A stretch of 32,000 nucleotides of DNA from Candidatus Pelagibacter ubique HTCC1062 (GTDB lineage: Bacteria > Pseudomonadota > Alphaproteobacteria > Pelagibacterales > Pelagibacteraceae): NCBI RefSeq assembly GCF_000012345.1, contig NC_007205.1:330001-362000 (forward strand). Direction: 5' to 3'. The notes beneath the pieces were generated by a model. The model was not told the origin of the DNA. It did no database searches and saw only the letters and a list, made by a program, of their open reading frames with translations. How positions within the stretch are numbered: position 1 is the stretch's first letter; the number at the start of each line of letters is the position of its first letter. Below, piece after piece: positions 1 through 8,266 of this stretch. Position numbers and translations under genes: made by a program.

Positions 1-19
1 GATACAGATTTATCTAAAT

Positions 20-541
20 TTATTCTTTAAATTTGTTTTTATTTTTAAGATAAATATAAAAAGCTCCACTACCACCATCTTCAATCTTAGCATCTGTTGT
101 TTCAATAATAAATTGAGTTAAACTTATATTTTTTTCAATAAATTCTGGAACTGAATATTTTAGTATACTCAAATCTTTTGAGAGGTAAGGATTTTCAATA
201 TTTTTAGATCTTAGTCCTTTGCCTGTAATCACTATTATTTTAGTAACATTTTCATCAAAACATTTTTGAATAAATTGTTCTATGGCCTTATTTGCTTCTT
301 CAATAGTGTAACCATGCAAATCTATTTTCTTTATCTTTTCATATCTTATATTTTTTTTAAGAATAAAATCTTTATTGGGAATTTTATCTTTATTATTTAA
401 AAAGTTTTCCCAGTCTTGTTTGTTTTCGTCTGGATTATTTATATTTTTTTGTTTTGCAGAATTTTTATTGATAATTTTTTTTTTATTGTTTAGGAAATTT
501 TCCCAATCTTCTTTATCTTTGTCTGTTATCTTCTTAATCAA
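20..541 (-). CDS. Smr (small MutS-related) domain protein
   Basis: C-terminal Smr-domain signature (KIDLHGYTIEEANKAIEQFI...KIIVITGKGLRS). There is no in-frame ATG; the ORF opens with TTG at 539-541, directly abutting the stop of the upstream gene. The N-terminal half carries a duplicated DWENFLNNK motif. Confidence 0.75.
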   Translation of the reverse strand: MIKKITDKDKEDWENFLNNKKKIINKNSAKQKNINNPDENKQDWENFLNNKDKIPNKDFILKKNIRYEKIKKIDLHGYTIEEANKAIEQFIQKCFDENVTKIIVITGKGLRSKNIENPYLSKDLSILKYSVPEFIEKNISLTQFIIETTDAKIEDGGSGAFYIYLKNKNKFKE

Positions 542-1135
542 TTAGGTAATAGTATTAATTAATAACCAATTTGGATTTGATGATTTAATGTCTTTTGAAA
601 AAACCCAAGTATCATAAACAGTTTTTATTTTATCACTATCCCCTGATACAATATTTTTATCTTTATCTTTTATACATGTTATAATTTCACTAACAAAATC
701 TACTGTAACTTCTAAGCTATCTTCAATTTTTTTATGCGTTTTAATTACAGCTGACTTAATCCCTATAAAAGTTATTTCAGCAAAATGACCTTTGTTAGCT
801 CTATCTTCAAGCGCCTCTTTAAACTGATCATAAATTTTTTTACTTAAAAGCGGTTTGCTTGCTATCAGCTTATTATCACTATCACTAAAATCTGTAATAA
901 TTGTTTCATAAGCAATTTTGGCGCCTTTTAAAAATTCTTTTTGTGACACTTCATCAAAATTTTCACTAACTGGTTTTGGGGTTATATTTGTTTTTTGAAA
1001 TTCCTTTTCAAATTGTGGTGGAATTTTTCCTTCGAAACCAGTTTTTTTACCAAGTATTCCTCTTAGACGAAGAAAGATAAAACCAGCAATCATTGCTAAA
1101 AGAATAATATCTATGTACTCAAAACTATAACTCAT
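542..1135 (-). CDS. Tim44-like domain protein (membrane-anchored)
   Basis: One N-terminal TM helix (IDIILLAMIAGFIFLRL) followed by a soluble domain of about 150 aa, as in alphaproteobacterial Tim44 homologues. Position next to fxsA-secB is typical for alphaproteobacteria. Confidence 0.65.
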   Translation of the reverse strand: MSYSFEYIDIILLAMIAGFIFLRLRGILGKKTGFEGKIPPQFEKEFQKTNITPKPVSENFDEVSQKEFLKGAKIAYETIITDFSDSDNKLIASKPLLSKKIYDQFKEALEDRANKGHFAEITFIGIKSAVIKTHKKIEDSLEVTVDFVSEIITCIKDKDKNIVSGDSDKIKTVYDTWVFSKDIKSSNPNWLLINTIT

Positions 1136-1193
1136 AATTTAATAATATTTACTATGTTGATTAATTACAACTAGCAATTTAGACTAAGGACAA

Positions 1194-1616
1194 ATGAACA
1201 CATTTTTATTATTATTAGTTGGTATTCCAATCGTTGAGATTTATTTGTTTATCAAGCTGGGTTCTCAAATTGGAGCCTTTAACACCATTTTACTTATCTT
1301 TATTACGGCTTTTTTTGGGGTTATCTACGCCAGATATGAGGGCTTTAACACTCTAAAGTCGGGAATGTCTCAAATGGTAAAAAATGAACTGCCAGTTTAT
1401 GAAATTATTTCAGGTGCAGCTTTAGCATTTGCAGCATTACTTTTGATTTTACCTGGTTTTGCTACAGACTTCTTGGGTTTATTAATAATATTTCCACCAA
1501 CAAGAAAATTGATATTTAAAAAAGTATCAATTAAAAAAAAGCCTATAAATAAAAAACAAGATTTTATTAATGGTGAATTTGAAGATATAGAGGATGAAAA
1601 TGACAGAAAATTATAA
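1194..1616 (+). CDS. fxsA: FxsA family inner-membrane protein
   Basis: N-terminus LLLLVGIPIVEIYLFIKLGSQIG and multiple TM segments typical of FxsA. SD-like TAAGGA lies 4 nt upstream of the ATG. Confidence 0.7.
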   Translation: MNTFLLLLVGIPIVEIYLFIKLGSQIGAFNTILLIFITAFFGVIYARYEGFNTLKSGMSQMVKNELPVYEIISGAALAFAALLLILPGFATDFLGLLIIFPPTRKLIFKKVSIKKKPINKKQDFINGEFEDIEDENDRKL

Positions 1617-2022
1617 AATCATTGGAAATTTTATTAAAGATATGTCGAGTGAAACACCTGACACTCCAACATATATATTTGTAAGAGATAAAATTTCTAA
1701 ATACAAATTAAACATTGATATTAATTCAAAGGCAGTGAAAAATGGAATTATTGAAGTTAACACAATCTTAAGATTTTCAGACCAACCTGAAATTTTAAAA
1801 AAAGCACATTTTGAGATAACTTACACATCTATAGTTAAAGTAGATGAAAAGGTTTCTGATAAAAAAGAAATGGAAAAAATTATTCTATGTGATGTCCCTA
1901 ATAAAATTTATCCTGACCTAGAGAGAATATTTTTAAATTTATTAACCGACTCTGGTTATCCTGGAATAAAATTTGAAAAAAAAATTGATTTTACTGAATT
2001 ATACAAACAAAGAGCTAATTAA
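1594..2022 (+). CDS. secB: protein-export chaperone SecB
   Basis: Size and N-terminal pattern (YKIIGNFIKDMSSETP) resemble alphaproteobacterial SecB. Overlaps the fxsA 3' end by 23 nt; the alternative ATG at 1600 has a better-spaced GAGGA. Confidence 0.8.
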   Translation: MKMTENYKIIGNFIKDMSSETPDTPTYIFVRDKISKYKLNIDINSKAVKNGIIEVNTILRFSDQPEILKKAHFEITYTSIVKVDEKVSDKKEMEKIILCDVPNKIYPDLERIFLNLLTDSGYPGIKFEKKIDFTELYKQRAN

Positions 2023-2686
2023 AAAAATTCTTCTTTAAACTATTTTTTAAATATTCTTTATGAAGTTTAAGTTCTGCCTCTGATGGTTTAACTACTTTTT
2101 TGTAATACCGATTTGTGTCATTGGAGTTTATTATTATTTTTTCATTATCTTCATTTTTAAAATTTAAAGTTGGTTCTTTTTGATCAAGAAGATTAATATA
2201 AACTTTAGCTAATAAATCACAGTCAATAAGAGCAGTATGTTGTGTTCTTTTTGAGTTATCTATTCTGTATCTTTTGCACAACGCATCAAGACTTATTGGA
2301 GAGCCTGGAAATTTGTCCCTGGCTAAAGCAAGCGTATCCACAACATTTTCACTATTTAATTTTTCCTTGCCTAGCAATGATAATTCATTATTTAAGTGAG
2401 ATAGATCAAATTCAGCGTTATGTATTACAAGTCTCTTATTTTCTATAAAAACTAAAAACTCATCAACTATATCTCCAAACTTTTTGTGAGTAGATAAAAA
2501 TTCATCCGTATAACCATGAACTTCTAGGGCTTTTTCAGAAACTTTTCTTTCAGGATTAAGATAGCAGTGAAATCTATTTTTAGTTGGTATCAAATTTTCT
2601 AACTCGATGCATCCAATTTCTACAATTCTATGTCCATCTCTAACAGATAGTCCTGTTGTTTCAGTGTCTAGTATCACTTCTTTCAT
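2015..2686 (-). CDS. dnaQ: DNA polymerase III epsilon subunit (3'-5' exonuclease)
   Basis: DEDDh exonuclease motifs (VILDTETTGL, IHNAEFD, HTALIDCDLLAKVY). Convergent 8-nt overlap with secB. Confidence 0.9.
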   Translation of the reverse strand: MKEVILDTETTGLSVRDGHRIVEIGCIELENLIPTKNRFHCYLNPERKVSEKALEVHGYTDEFLSTHKKFGDIVDEFLVFIENKRLVIHNAEFDLSHLNNELSLLGKEKLNSENVVDTLALARDKFPGSPISLDALCKRYRIDNSKRTQHTALIDCDLLAKVYINLLDQKEPTLNFKNEDNEKIIINSNDTNRYYKKVVKPSEAELKLHKEYLKNSLKKNFFN

Positions 2687-2687
2687 T

Positions 2688-3257
2688 TTATATAATTTCT
2701 TTTAGTATTTTTTTTACACTTTTCTTAACAAGCTTATTGGTAAAATTATTTTTAATAACATGATTCGCTTTTTTCTTTTTATAACTAAGTGGTAACTGTA
2801 TTTTTTTAAATTGATTATATAAATTTAAATTAAAATTATCTCTTTTTTTTATTCTTTTAATAATTTCACTTTTTTTTGACTGAACAAAAACTATTATATC
2901 ACTTTTTTGGTTTAATTTATTTTCTAATAAAAGAGGAATGTCTAAAATTATAGCTTTTCTTTTTTTATTTTTTTTTAAAAAAATAGTTAATTTCTTTCTA
3001 ACTTCTGGATGAATAATTTTAGTAATTTTTTTTAAATTTTTTTCACTGTCCTCTATTGCTTTTATAATTTGTATTTTGTTTGCTGGAAATGCTGAAAAAT
3101 ATTTAGGTAAAATTTTTTTTAATTTTCTAAAACAATTTTTGTTTTTTTTATATATACTTGCTACTTCTTGATCTGCATTAAAAACTGGATAACTAAAAAG
3201 TTTAGCAATATGACTTTTTCCAGAACCAATATCCCCTACAACTGCAATTTTAATCAT
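2688..3257 (-). CDS. coaE: dephospho-CoA kinase
   Basis: P-loop IAVVGDIGSGKS at the N-terminus, about 190 aa. Sits in the conserved dnaQ-coaE-aroE-maf order. Confidence 0.85.
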   Translation of the reverse strand: MIKIAVVGDIGSGKSHIAKLFSYPVFNADQEVASIYKKNKNCFRKLKKILPKYFSAFPANKIQIIKAIEDSEKNLKKITKIIHPEVRKKLTIFLKKNKKRKAIILDIPLLLENKLNQKSDIIVFVQSKKSEIIKRIKKRDNFNLNLYNQFKKIQLPLSYKKKKANHVIKNNFTNKLVKKSVKKILKEII

Positions 3258-4051
3258 ACATCTAAAAGATTAATTGTTTCACTGTCTACTTCTGGAACAA
3301 TTTTATGCCAGATAAAAAAGGCTTTTTGAGCTTGATAAATAAACATCATTTTACCATTCTTTGTTATTCCACCGTACTTTTTTGCATTTTTTAAAAAATT
3401 TGTTTCTGGTGGATTATAAATTACATCATAAAAAAATTTGTCTTTGCTTATTTTTTGATAATTAATATTAATTTCATCTTCTTCTTTTAATCCAATGCTT
3501 GTTGCGTTTATGATCATATCAAAATCTATAGTTTCTCCCCATTTAATTATCTCAATTTCTGGAAAGTGTTTCTTCAACTCTATTGCCTTTAATTCTGTAC
3601 GATTACTTAAATAAATTTTTTCAATTTGGATTTTTTTAAGTGCAATAATAATTGAAGAGACAACTCCACCCGCCCCAAGTATTAGAGCCTTTTTATTTTT
3701 AACATTTTGTTCTGTTTTTTCTAAACTAAGTTTAAAACCCTCAATATCAGTGTTATCACCTATAATTTTATTATCTCTTTTATAAATTGTATTTACCGAT
3801 TGAGAAATTTCTGCTTCCTCGCTCAGCTCATCTAAAAAAGGTATAATCATCTTTTTAAAAGGGACTGTTATATTTAATCCATGAATTTTTTCTTTTCTAA
3901 TATTAAAAATTAAATCTTCTATTTCGCTATGATCTAAAAGATTTTTTTCATAGGTTGCATTAATTTTATATTTTTTGATCCAATAATTATGTAGTTTTGG
4001 CGATAGGCTATGTTTAATTGGATTTCCTATAACTAAAAAAGTTTTTTTCAT
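3254..4051 (-). CDS. aroE: shikimate 5-dehydrogenase
   Basis: N-terminal VIGNPIKHSLSPKLHN, NITVPFK and NTDIEGF motifs plus the Rossmann motif ILGAGGV. ATGA overlap with coaE. Confidence 0.88.
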   Translation of the reverse strand: MKKTFLVIGNPIKHSLSPKLHNYWIKKYKINATYEKNLLDHSEIEDLIFNIRKEKIHGLNITVPFKKMIIPFLDELSEEAEISQSVNTIYKRDNKIIGDNTDIEGFKLSLEKTEQNVKNKKALILGAGGVVSSIIIALKKIQIEKIYLSNRTELKAIELKKHFPEIEIIKWGETIDFDMIINATSIGLKEEDEININYQKISKDKFFYDVIYNPPETNFLKNAKKYGGITKNGKMMFIYQAQKAFFIWHKIVPEVDSETINLLDV

Positions 4052-4635
4052 TTTATAATTTTAAGATATTCTTTAATTTTTTTGACTGGAAGGCCCATAA
4101 TTGTATCTTCATCTCCTTCTATCTTTGAAAATAAATTTCTTCCTTCTCCTTCAATTTGATAAACATTATAAGCATACAGATCCTTATCAGAAATTTTTTT
4201 TAGGTAGTTCTCTAATTCTAAAAAAGTCATATTTTTCATGGTTAATGAGGCTTTATCAGTGTAATTCCATATCATTGATCCACCCCTTGATATACAAACT
4301 GAACTTATCAATTGATGAGTTTTTCCATTCATCCTTTTTAAAATTTCTAGTGCCTCTTCTCTATCATTTGGTTTTGAGATTATTTTGCCTTCTAAATCTA
4401 TTACGCTATCTGCACCAAGTACAATTTCTTCTGTAAATTTTTGGCTAATTTTATTGGCCTTTAATTCTGCTAGATTTTTTGAAATAATCGTTGGAGTTAC
4501 TTTTTCTTTTAACAAACTTTCTTTAACACTATCCTCATCCACATTAGATGGCTCCACCCTGAATTGAATATTATTTTCCTCTAAAATCTTTTTTCTCACA
4601 CCACTTTTTGATGCAAGTATAATTTCTTTAACCAT
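4048..4635 (-). CDS. maf: Maf-like nucleoside-triphosphate pyrophosphatase
   Basis: ILASKSGVRKKIL N-terminus, GADSV, and YQIEG...GLPV C-terminal motifs of the Maf family. Confidence 0.85.
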   Translation of the reverse strand: MVKEIILASKSGVRKKILEENNIQFRVEPSNVDEDSVKESLLKEKVTPTIISKNLAELKANKISQKFTEEIVLGADSVIDLEGKIISKPNDREEALEILKRMNGKTHQLISSVCISRGGSMIWNYTDKASLTMKNMTFLELENYLKKISDKDLYAYNVYQIEGEGRNLFSKIEGDEDTIMGLPVKKIKEYLKIIK

Positions 4636-5452
4636 TATTTTTGTTTATTTCATATATTTTAATGATCGATGCTGCAGTCTCTTCCACTGATTTTCTAGTA
4701 ACATCAATTGTTGGCCATTTGTATTTGATAAATGTTTTTTTGGCTTCGTTAATTTCTTTTTCTATCTTATTGATATTTGTATAGTTTGTATTTTCTTTTT
4801 CTTTAAGAGCATTCATTCTGTTTTTTCTAATATCAACTAAGCGCTGAGGTTCGGTTGTTAAACCCACTACACAAGAAAGTTTAGGGTTCTTTTTTAAGCT
4901 TTCTGGTATTGATTGTTCATTTACTAAAGGAATATTCAAAGTTTTATAACCTCTATTAGCAAGATAAATTGATGTTGGTGTTTTGCTTGTTCTGCTTACC
5001 CCCAATAATATCAAATCTGCTTTATCTACATCCTCAACAAGGTTGCCATCATCATGAGCCATAGTAAATTGGATGGCCTCTATTCTTTCATAATACTCTT
5101 CATTTAAAGCATGTTGCCCGCTTGGAACGTGAGATGCTTTTTGATTTAAAAGTTTTGAGAAGTTCATTATTAAATTTCCTAAAACACTAAAACATGGAAT
5201 TTTCTTTTCATCTCCTTTGTTTGCTAAAAATTTTGCAAGTGAAGTGTCAACAATCGTATATAAAATTATTGCATTATCATTTTTTTTTGCCTCATCCATT
5301 ATTTTTGAAACTTGATTTTCTGTTCTTGTAAAAAAATAAGATTTAACATCATATTTTATATTTTTGAATTGAGCCTTAATTGCTAGAAAAACTCTATCTA
5401 GTGTTTCACCTGTGGAGTCAGAAATAAGGTATATTTGATATGTATTACTCAT
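4628..5452 (-). CDS. putative pyruvate,phosphate dikinase regulatory protein (DUF299 kinase/pyrophosphorylase; RP001/CC_0001 homologue)
   Basis: ISDSTGET N-terminus and GVSRTSKTPTSIYLA P-loop, both characteristic of the DUF299/PDRP family. Divergent from hemE. Confidence 0.8.
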   Translation of the reverse strand: MSNTYQIYLISDSTGETLDRVFLAIKAQFKNIKYDVKSYFFTRTENQVSKIMDEAKKNDNAIILYTIVDTSLAKFLANKGDEKKIPCFSVLGNLIMNFSKLLNQKASHVPSGQHALNEEYYERIEAIQFTMAHDDGNLVEDVDKADLILLGVSRTSKTPTSIYLANRGYKTLNIPLVNEQSIPESLKKNPKLSCVVGLTTEPQRLVDIRKNRMNALKEKENTNYTNINKIEKEINEAKKTFIKYKWPTIDVTRKSVEETAASIIKIYEINKNNG

Positions 5453-5736
5453 GAATAAAATGTTGATAATTAAGTATTATTTTTATCATTCTTCAAAATA
5501 ATCTTGTTTATTATTTTTCTTTGTAAAAACCCATTTTTATAAACATTAATAAACATGTTAAGCAATAATATACATTTTATCTAATAATATTAAATAAACC
5601 CTTAAATTTAAGACTATGTGCTAATTCTATAAATTATTAATTGTTAATAAATCATGTATAAAAACTGAAAAACAATTAATTACCATTATTCACATACTAT
5701 ATAACTAATACTATAATTAAATATTTACTTATTATT
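5453..5736. other. candidate chromosomal replication origin (oriC) plus divergent promoters
   Basis: Largest divergent spacer in the window, at the hemE/DUF299 position where Caulobacter and Rickettsia origins lie. Contains TTATTCACA (5686-5694), TGTTGATAA (5461-5469) and AT-rich direct repeats (TATTATTTTT x2, ATAAACAT x2). Confidence 0.55.
5686..5694 (+). promoter_or_regulatory. DnaA-box candidate TTATTCACA (fits TTATNCACA)
   Basis: Exact match to the relaxed E. coli-type consensus, 43 nt upstream of the hemE ATG. A one-mismatch box (TTATCAACA on the - strand) lies at 5461-5469. Confidence 0.4.
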
Positions 5737-6738
5737 ATGACACCCATCCAAGAAACCATAATAAACAAAAAAACTAATAATTCTCCAATATGGTTAATGA
5801 GACAGGCAGGTAGATATTTACCAGAATTTAGAGAAATTAGAAAATTAAATCCAGATTTTATAAACTTATGTCTAAACGAAAACCTATCTTCAGAAATAAC
5901 CTTACAACCTCTTAAAAGATTTGACTTAGATGCGGCTATAATTTTTTCAGATATTTTAATGATCCCATATGGATTAAACCAAGAAGTAAAATTTGAAAAA
6001 AATTTTGGTCCAAAACTGGGTTTATTAGATTTAGAAAAAATATCTAAGATTGATGAAATTGATTTTGTAGAAAAATTATATCCAGTTTATAAATCAATCA
6101 AAAAAGTTAGTGAAGACAATTTAATAAAAAATAAAAATTTAATAGGATTTGTGGGTGCACCATGGACATTGTTAGTTTATATGATTAATAAACATTCCCC
6201 AAAAAAAGAATTAGTAAAAGATTTTTTTAAAGATGAATTTTTAATAAATAGGGTTTTAATAATTTTAGAAAAGTTTTTAAAATTACATATTGACCAGCAA
6301 ATTAAAAACGGTGCAACTGTAATTCAAATTTTTGACAGTTGGGCGGGTCTCCTGGAAGAAAAAGACCTACCAAACTATGTGTATGTTCCAACACTAAATT
6401 TAGTGAATTATATTAAATCATTAAATATTCCTGTAATTTGTTTCCCCAGAGGAATAAAAAATTATAAAAATTATTGCGATATTGTTAAACCTGATGCAGT
6501 TAATATTGATTATGATGTTGATCCTGTTTCAGCATGTAAAGAAATAAAAATACCAGTTCAAGGAGGGCTCGATCCTAAAATTTTATTAACGGACAAAGAA
6601 AATTTGAAAAAAGAGACTTTAAAATATTTAAACACCTTTAAAGATCATCCCTATATATTTAATTTGGGTCATGGGGTGTTACCCGAAACCAATCCAAATA
6701 TGGTAGAGTATTTGGTTAAAATAGTGAAAGATTATTAA
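5737..6738 (+). CDS. hemE: uroporphyrinogen decarboxylase
   Basis: PIWLMRQAGRYLPEFR motif, DAAIIFSDIL, and a C-terminal FNLGHGV motif. Confidence 0.92.
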   Translation: MTPIQETIINKKTNNSPIWLMRQAGRYLPEFREIRKLNPDFINLCLNENLSSEITLQPLKRFDLDAAIIFSDILMIPYGLNQEVKFEKNFGPKLGLLDLEKISKIDEIDFVEKLYPVYKSIKKVSEDNLIKNKNLIGFVGAPWTLLVYMINKHSPKKELVKDFFKDEFLINRVLIILEKFLKLHIDQQIKNGATVIQIFDSWAGLLEEKDLPNYVYVPTLNLVNYIKSLNIPVICFPRGIKNYKNYCDIVKPDAVNIDYDVDPVSACKEIKIPVQGGLDPKILLTDKENLKKETLKYLNTFKDHPYIFNLGHGVLPETNPNMVEYLVKIVKDY

Positions 6739-7773
6739 ATGAAAAAAGCAGTAATTTTGTTTAACCTTGGTGGTCCTGATAAAATTGAAAATGTTGAGCC
6801 ATTTTTATTTAACTTATTTAATGATCCAGCAATTCTAAATTTACCAACTATATTAAGATACCCTTTGGCAAAACTGATATCCAACAGAAGAGCACCCGTT
6901 GCTAAAAAAATTTATAAAGAGCTAGGTGGCTCATCACCGATACTAAAATTAACCATGGCGCAATCAAAAGCACTTGAAACAAAATTAAACCAAACCGAAA
7001 TCGATAGCGAATATAAATGTTTTATTGTAATGAGGTGTTGGAACCCTAGAGCAAATGATGTGATCAAAGACGTTCAATCATTTAACCCTGAAGAAATTAT
7101 TTTGATGCCTCTCTATCCACAATATTCTGCTGCAACTTCTGGGTCTTCAATTAAAGAGTGGAGAGATGTTTGTAAAAAAAACAACTACCATGTTAAAACA
7201 AACACAATATGCTGTTATCCAACAGATCAAAATTTTATCAATGCACACACAAAAGAAATAATAAAAAAAATTAAAGATCTTAAAAATTTTAAATTAATAT
7301 TTTCTGCGCACGGCCTGCCAGAAAAAAATATTAAAAAAGGAGACCCCTATCAATGGCAAGTAGAACAATCTGTTAAAAAAATAGTTGAAAATTTGAACAT
7401 TGAAAACTTGGATTGGATATTAAGTTATCAAAGTAGAGTTGGACCACTGAAATGGATAGGTCCGTCCACTGAAGATATAATTGTTGAAAATTCTAAACTT
7501 GCGAAACATATTGTTTTGGTCCCTATCGCATTTGTTTCTGAACACTCAGAGACACTGGTTGAATTAGATATAGAGTATAAGGAGATTGCAGACGCTAATG
7601 GATGCAAAAATTATACACGAGTTCCAGCTCTTGGCACTAATGAGGATTTTATTAAAGCAATGTCGGAATTAATAATAAAAAAAAATGAATATAAATTTAG
7701 TGAAAACCTTTATCCTCCCAAAATTCAGTGTCCTTCAAATTTTAAAAAGTGTCCTTGTTTAAATTATGAATAG
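6739..7773 (+). CDS. hemH: ferrochelatase
   Basis: ILFNLGGPD N-terminus, LYPQYS, FSAHGLP and SYQSRVGP...W motifs. Starts immediately after the hemE stop. Confidence 0.92.
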   Translation: MKKAVILFNLGGPDKIENVEPFLFNLFNDPAILNLPTILRYPLAKLISNRRAPVAKKIYKELGGSSPILKLTMAQSKALETKLNQTEIDSEYKCFIVMRCWNPRANDVIKDVQSFNPEEIILMPLYPQYSAATSGSSIKEWRDVCKKNNYHVKTNTICCYPTDQNFINAHTKEIIKKIKDLKNFKLIFSAHGLPEKNIKKGDPYQWQVEQSVKKIVENLNIENLDWILSYQSRVGPLKWIGPSTEDIIVENSKLAKHIVLVPIAFVSEHSETLVELDIEYKEIADANGCKNYTRVPALGTNEDFIKAMSELIIKKNEYKFSENLYPPKIQCPSNFKKCPCLNYE

Positions 7774-8200
7774 TTATCTTTTGTTTAAAAGTCTTCATTT
7801 GATAGCCGTAATTTCTTGGATGGCTGGCCTTTTGTATCTTCCAAGAATTTTTGTTTACCATATTGAAAATATTGATCATAAAATTTCTTCCTCAATATTT
7901 AAAACAATGGAAAGAAAATTATTTTATTTTATCATGATGCCAGCAATGATTTTATCTTGGCTCTTTGGATTAATATTAATCTCTGTTATTGGCCATGAGG
8001 TTATTTTAACACTTTGGTTAAAACTAAAATTAATATTAATAACTTTATTAACAATTTATCATTTCTATTTAGGAAAATTACTTAATGATTTTAAGCTAGA
8101 TCAAAATACTAAATCCTCTAAATTTTTTAGAATAATTAATGAAGTGCCAACAATATTGCTTATTTTGGTTGTTTTTATTGTTATATTTAAACCGATCTAG
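7766..8200 (+). CDS. hemJ: HemJ-type protoporphyrinogen IX oxidase (UPF0093/CopD-like membrane protein)
   Basis: LKSLHLIAVISWMAGLLYLPRIFVYH N-terminus and 4 TM helices, about 144 aa. 8-nt overlap with hemH, so it is translationally linked to the haem genes. Confidence 0.75.
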   Translation: MNSYLLFKSLHLIAVISWMAGLLYLPRIFVYHIENIDHKISSSIFKTMERKLFYFIMMPAMILSWLFGLILISVIGHEVILTLWLKLKLILITLLTIYHFYLGKLLNDFKLDQNTKSSKFFRIINEVPTILLILVVFIVIFKPI

Positions 8201-8231
8201 ACTTGAAATACTCGTTAGAGTATATATATTG

Positions 8232-8266
8232 AAATCATCCAACAACCTTAAACACAATCCCTCAAC
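8232..8266 (+). promoter_or_regulatory. G-free, C-rich rho leader (rut-like tract)
   Basis: The 35 nt immediately upstream of the rho ATG contain 13 C and 0 G by my count (AAATCATCCAACAACCTTAAACACAATCCCTCAAC). No Shine-Dalgarno is present. Confidence 0.35.

Noticed and set aside
5402-5409. Additional parS-like sequences. These are the half-site TGTTTCAC at 5402-5409 next to the candidate origin, GTGAAACA half-sites near 1641 and 9295, and CACGTG cores near 21692 and 25549.
   Set aside because: Only one arm (or only the core) matches. The full 16-mers have 4 or more mismatches to TGTTNCACGTGAAACA. Half-sites are expected by chance and are not known to nucleate ParB.
5546-5605. CtrA-type boxes in the candidate origin: TTAA-N8-TTAA at 5546-5561 and 5590-5605.
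   Set aside because: The spacing is N8, not the canonical N7. TTAA is very frequent in this AT-rich spacer (I counted 10 occurrences), and no pair has the 11-nt start-to-start distance required.
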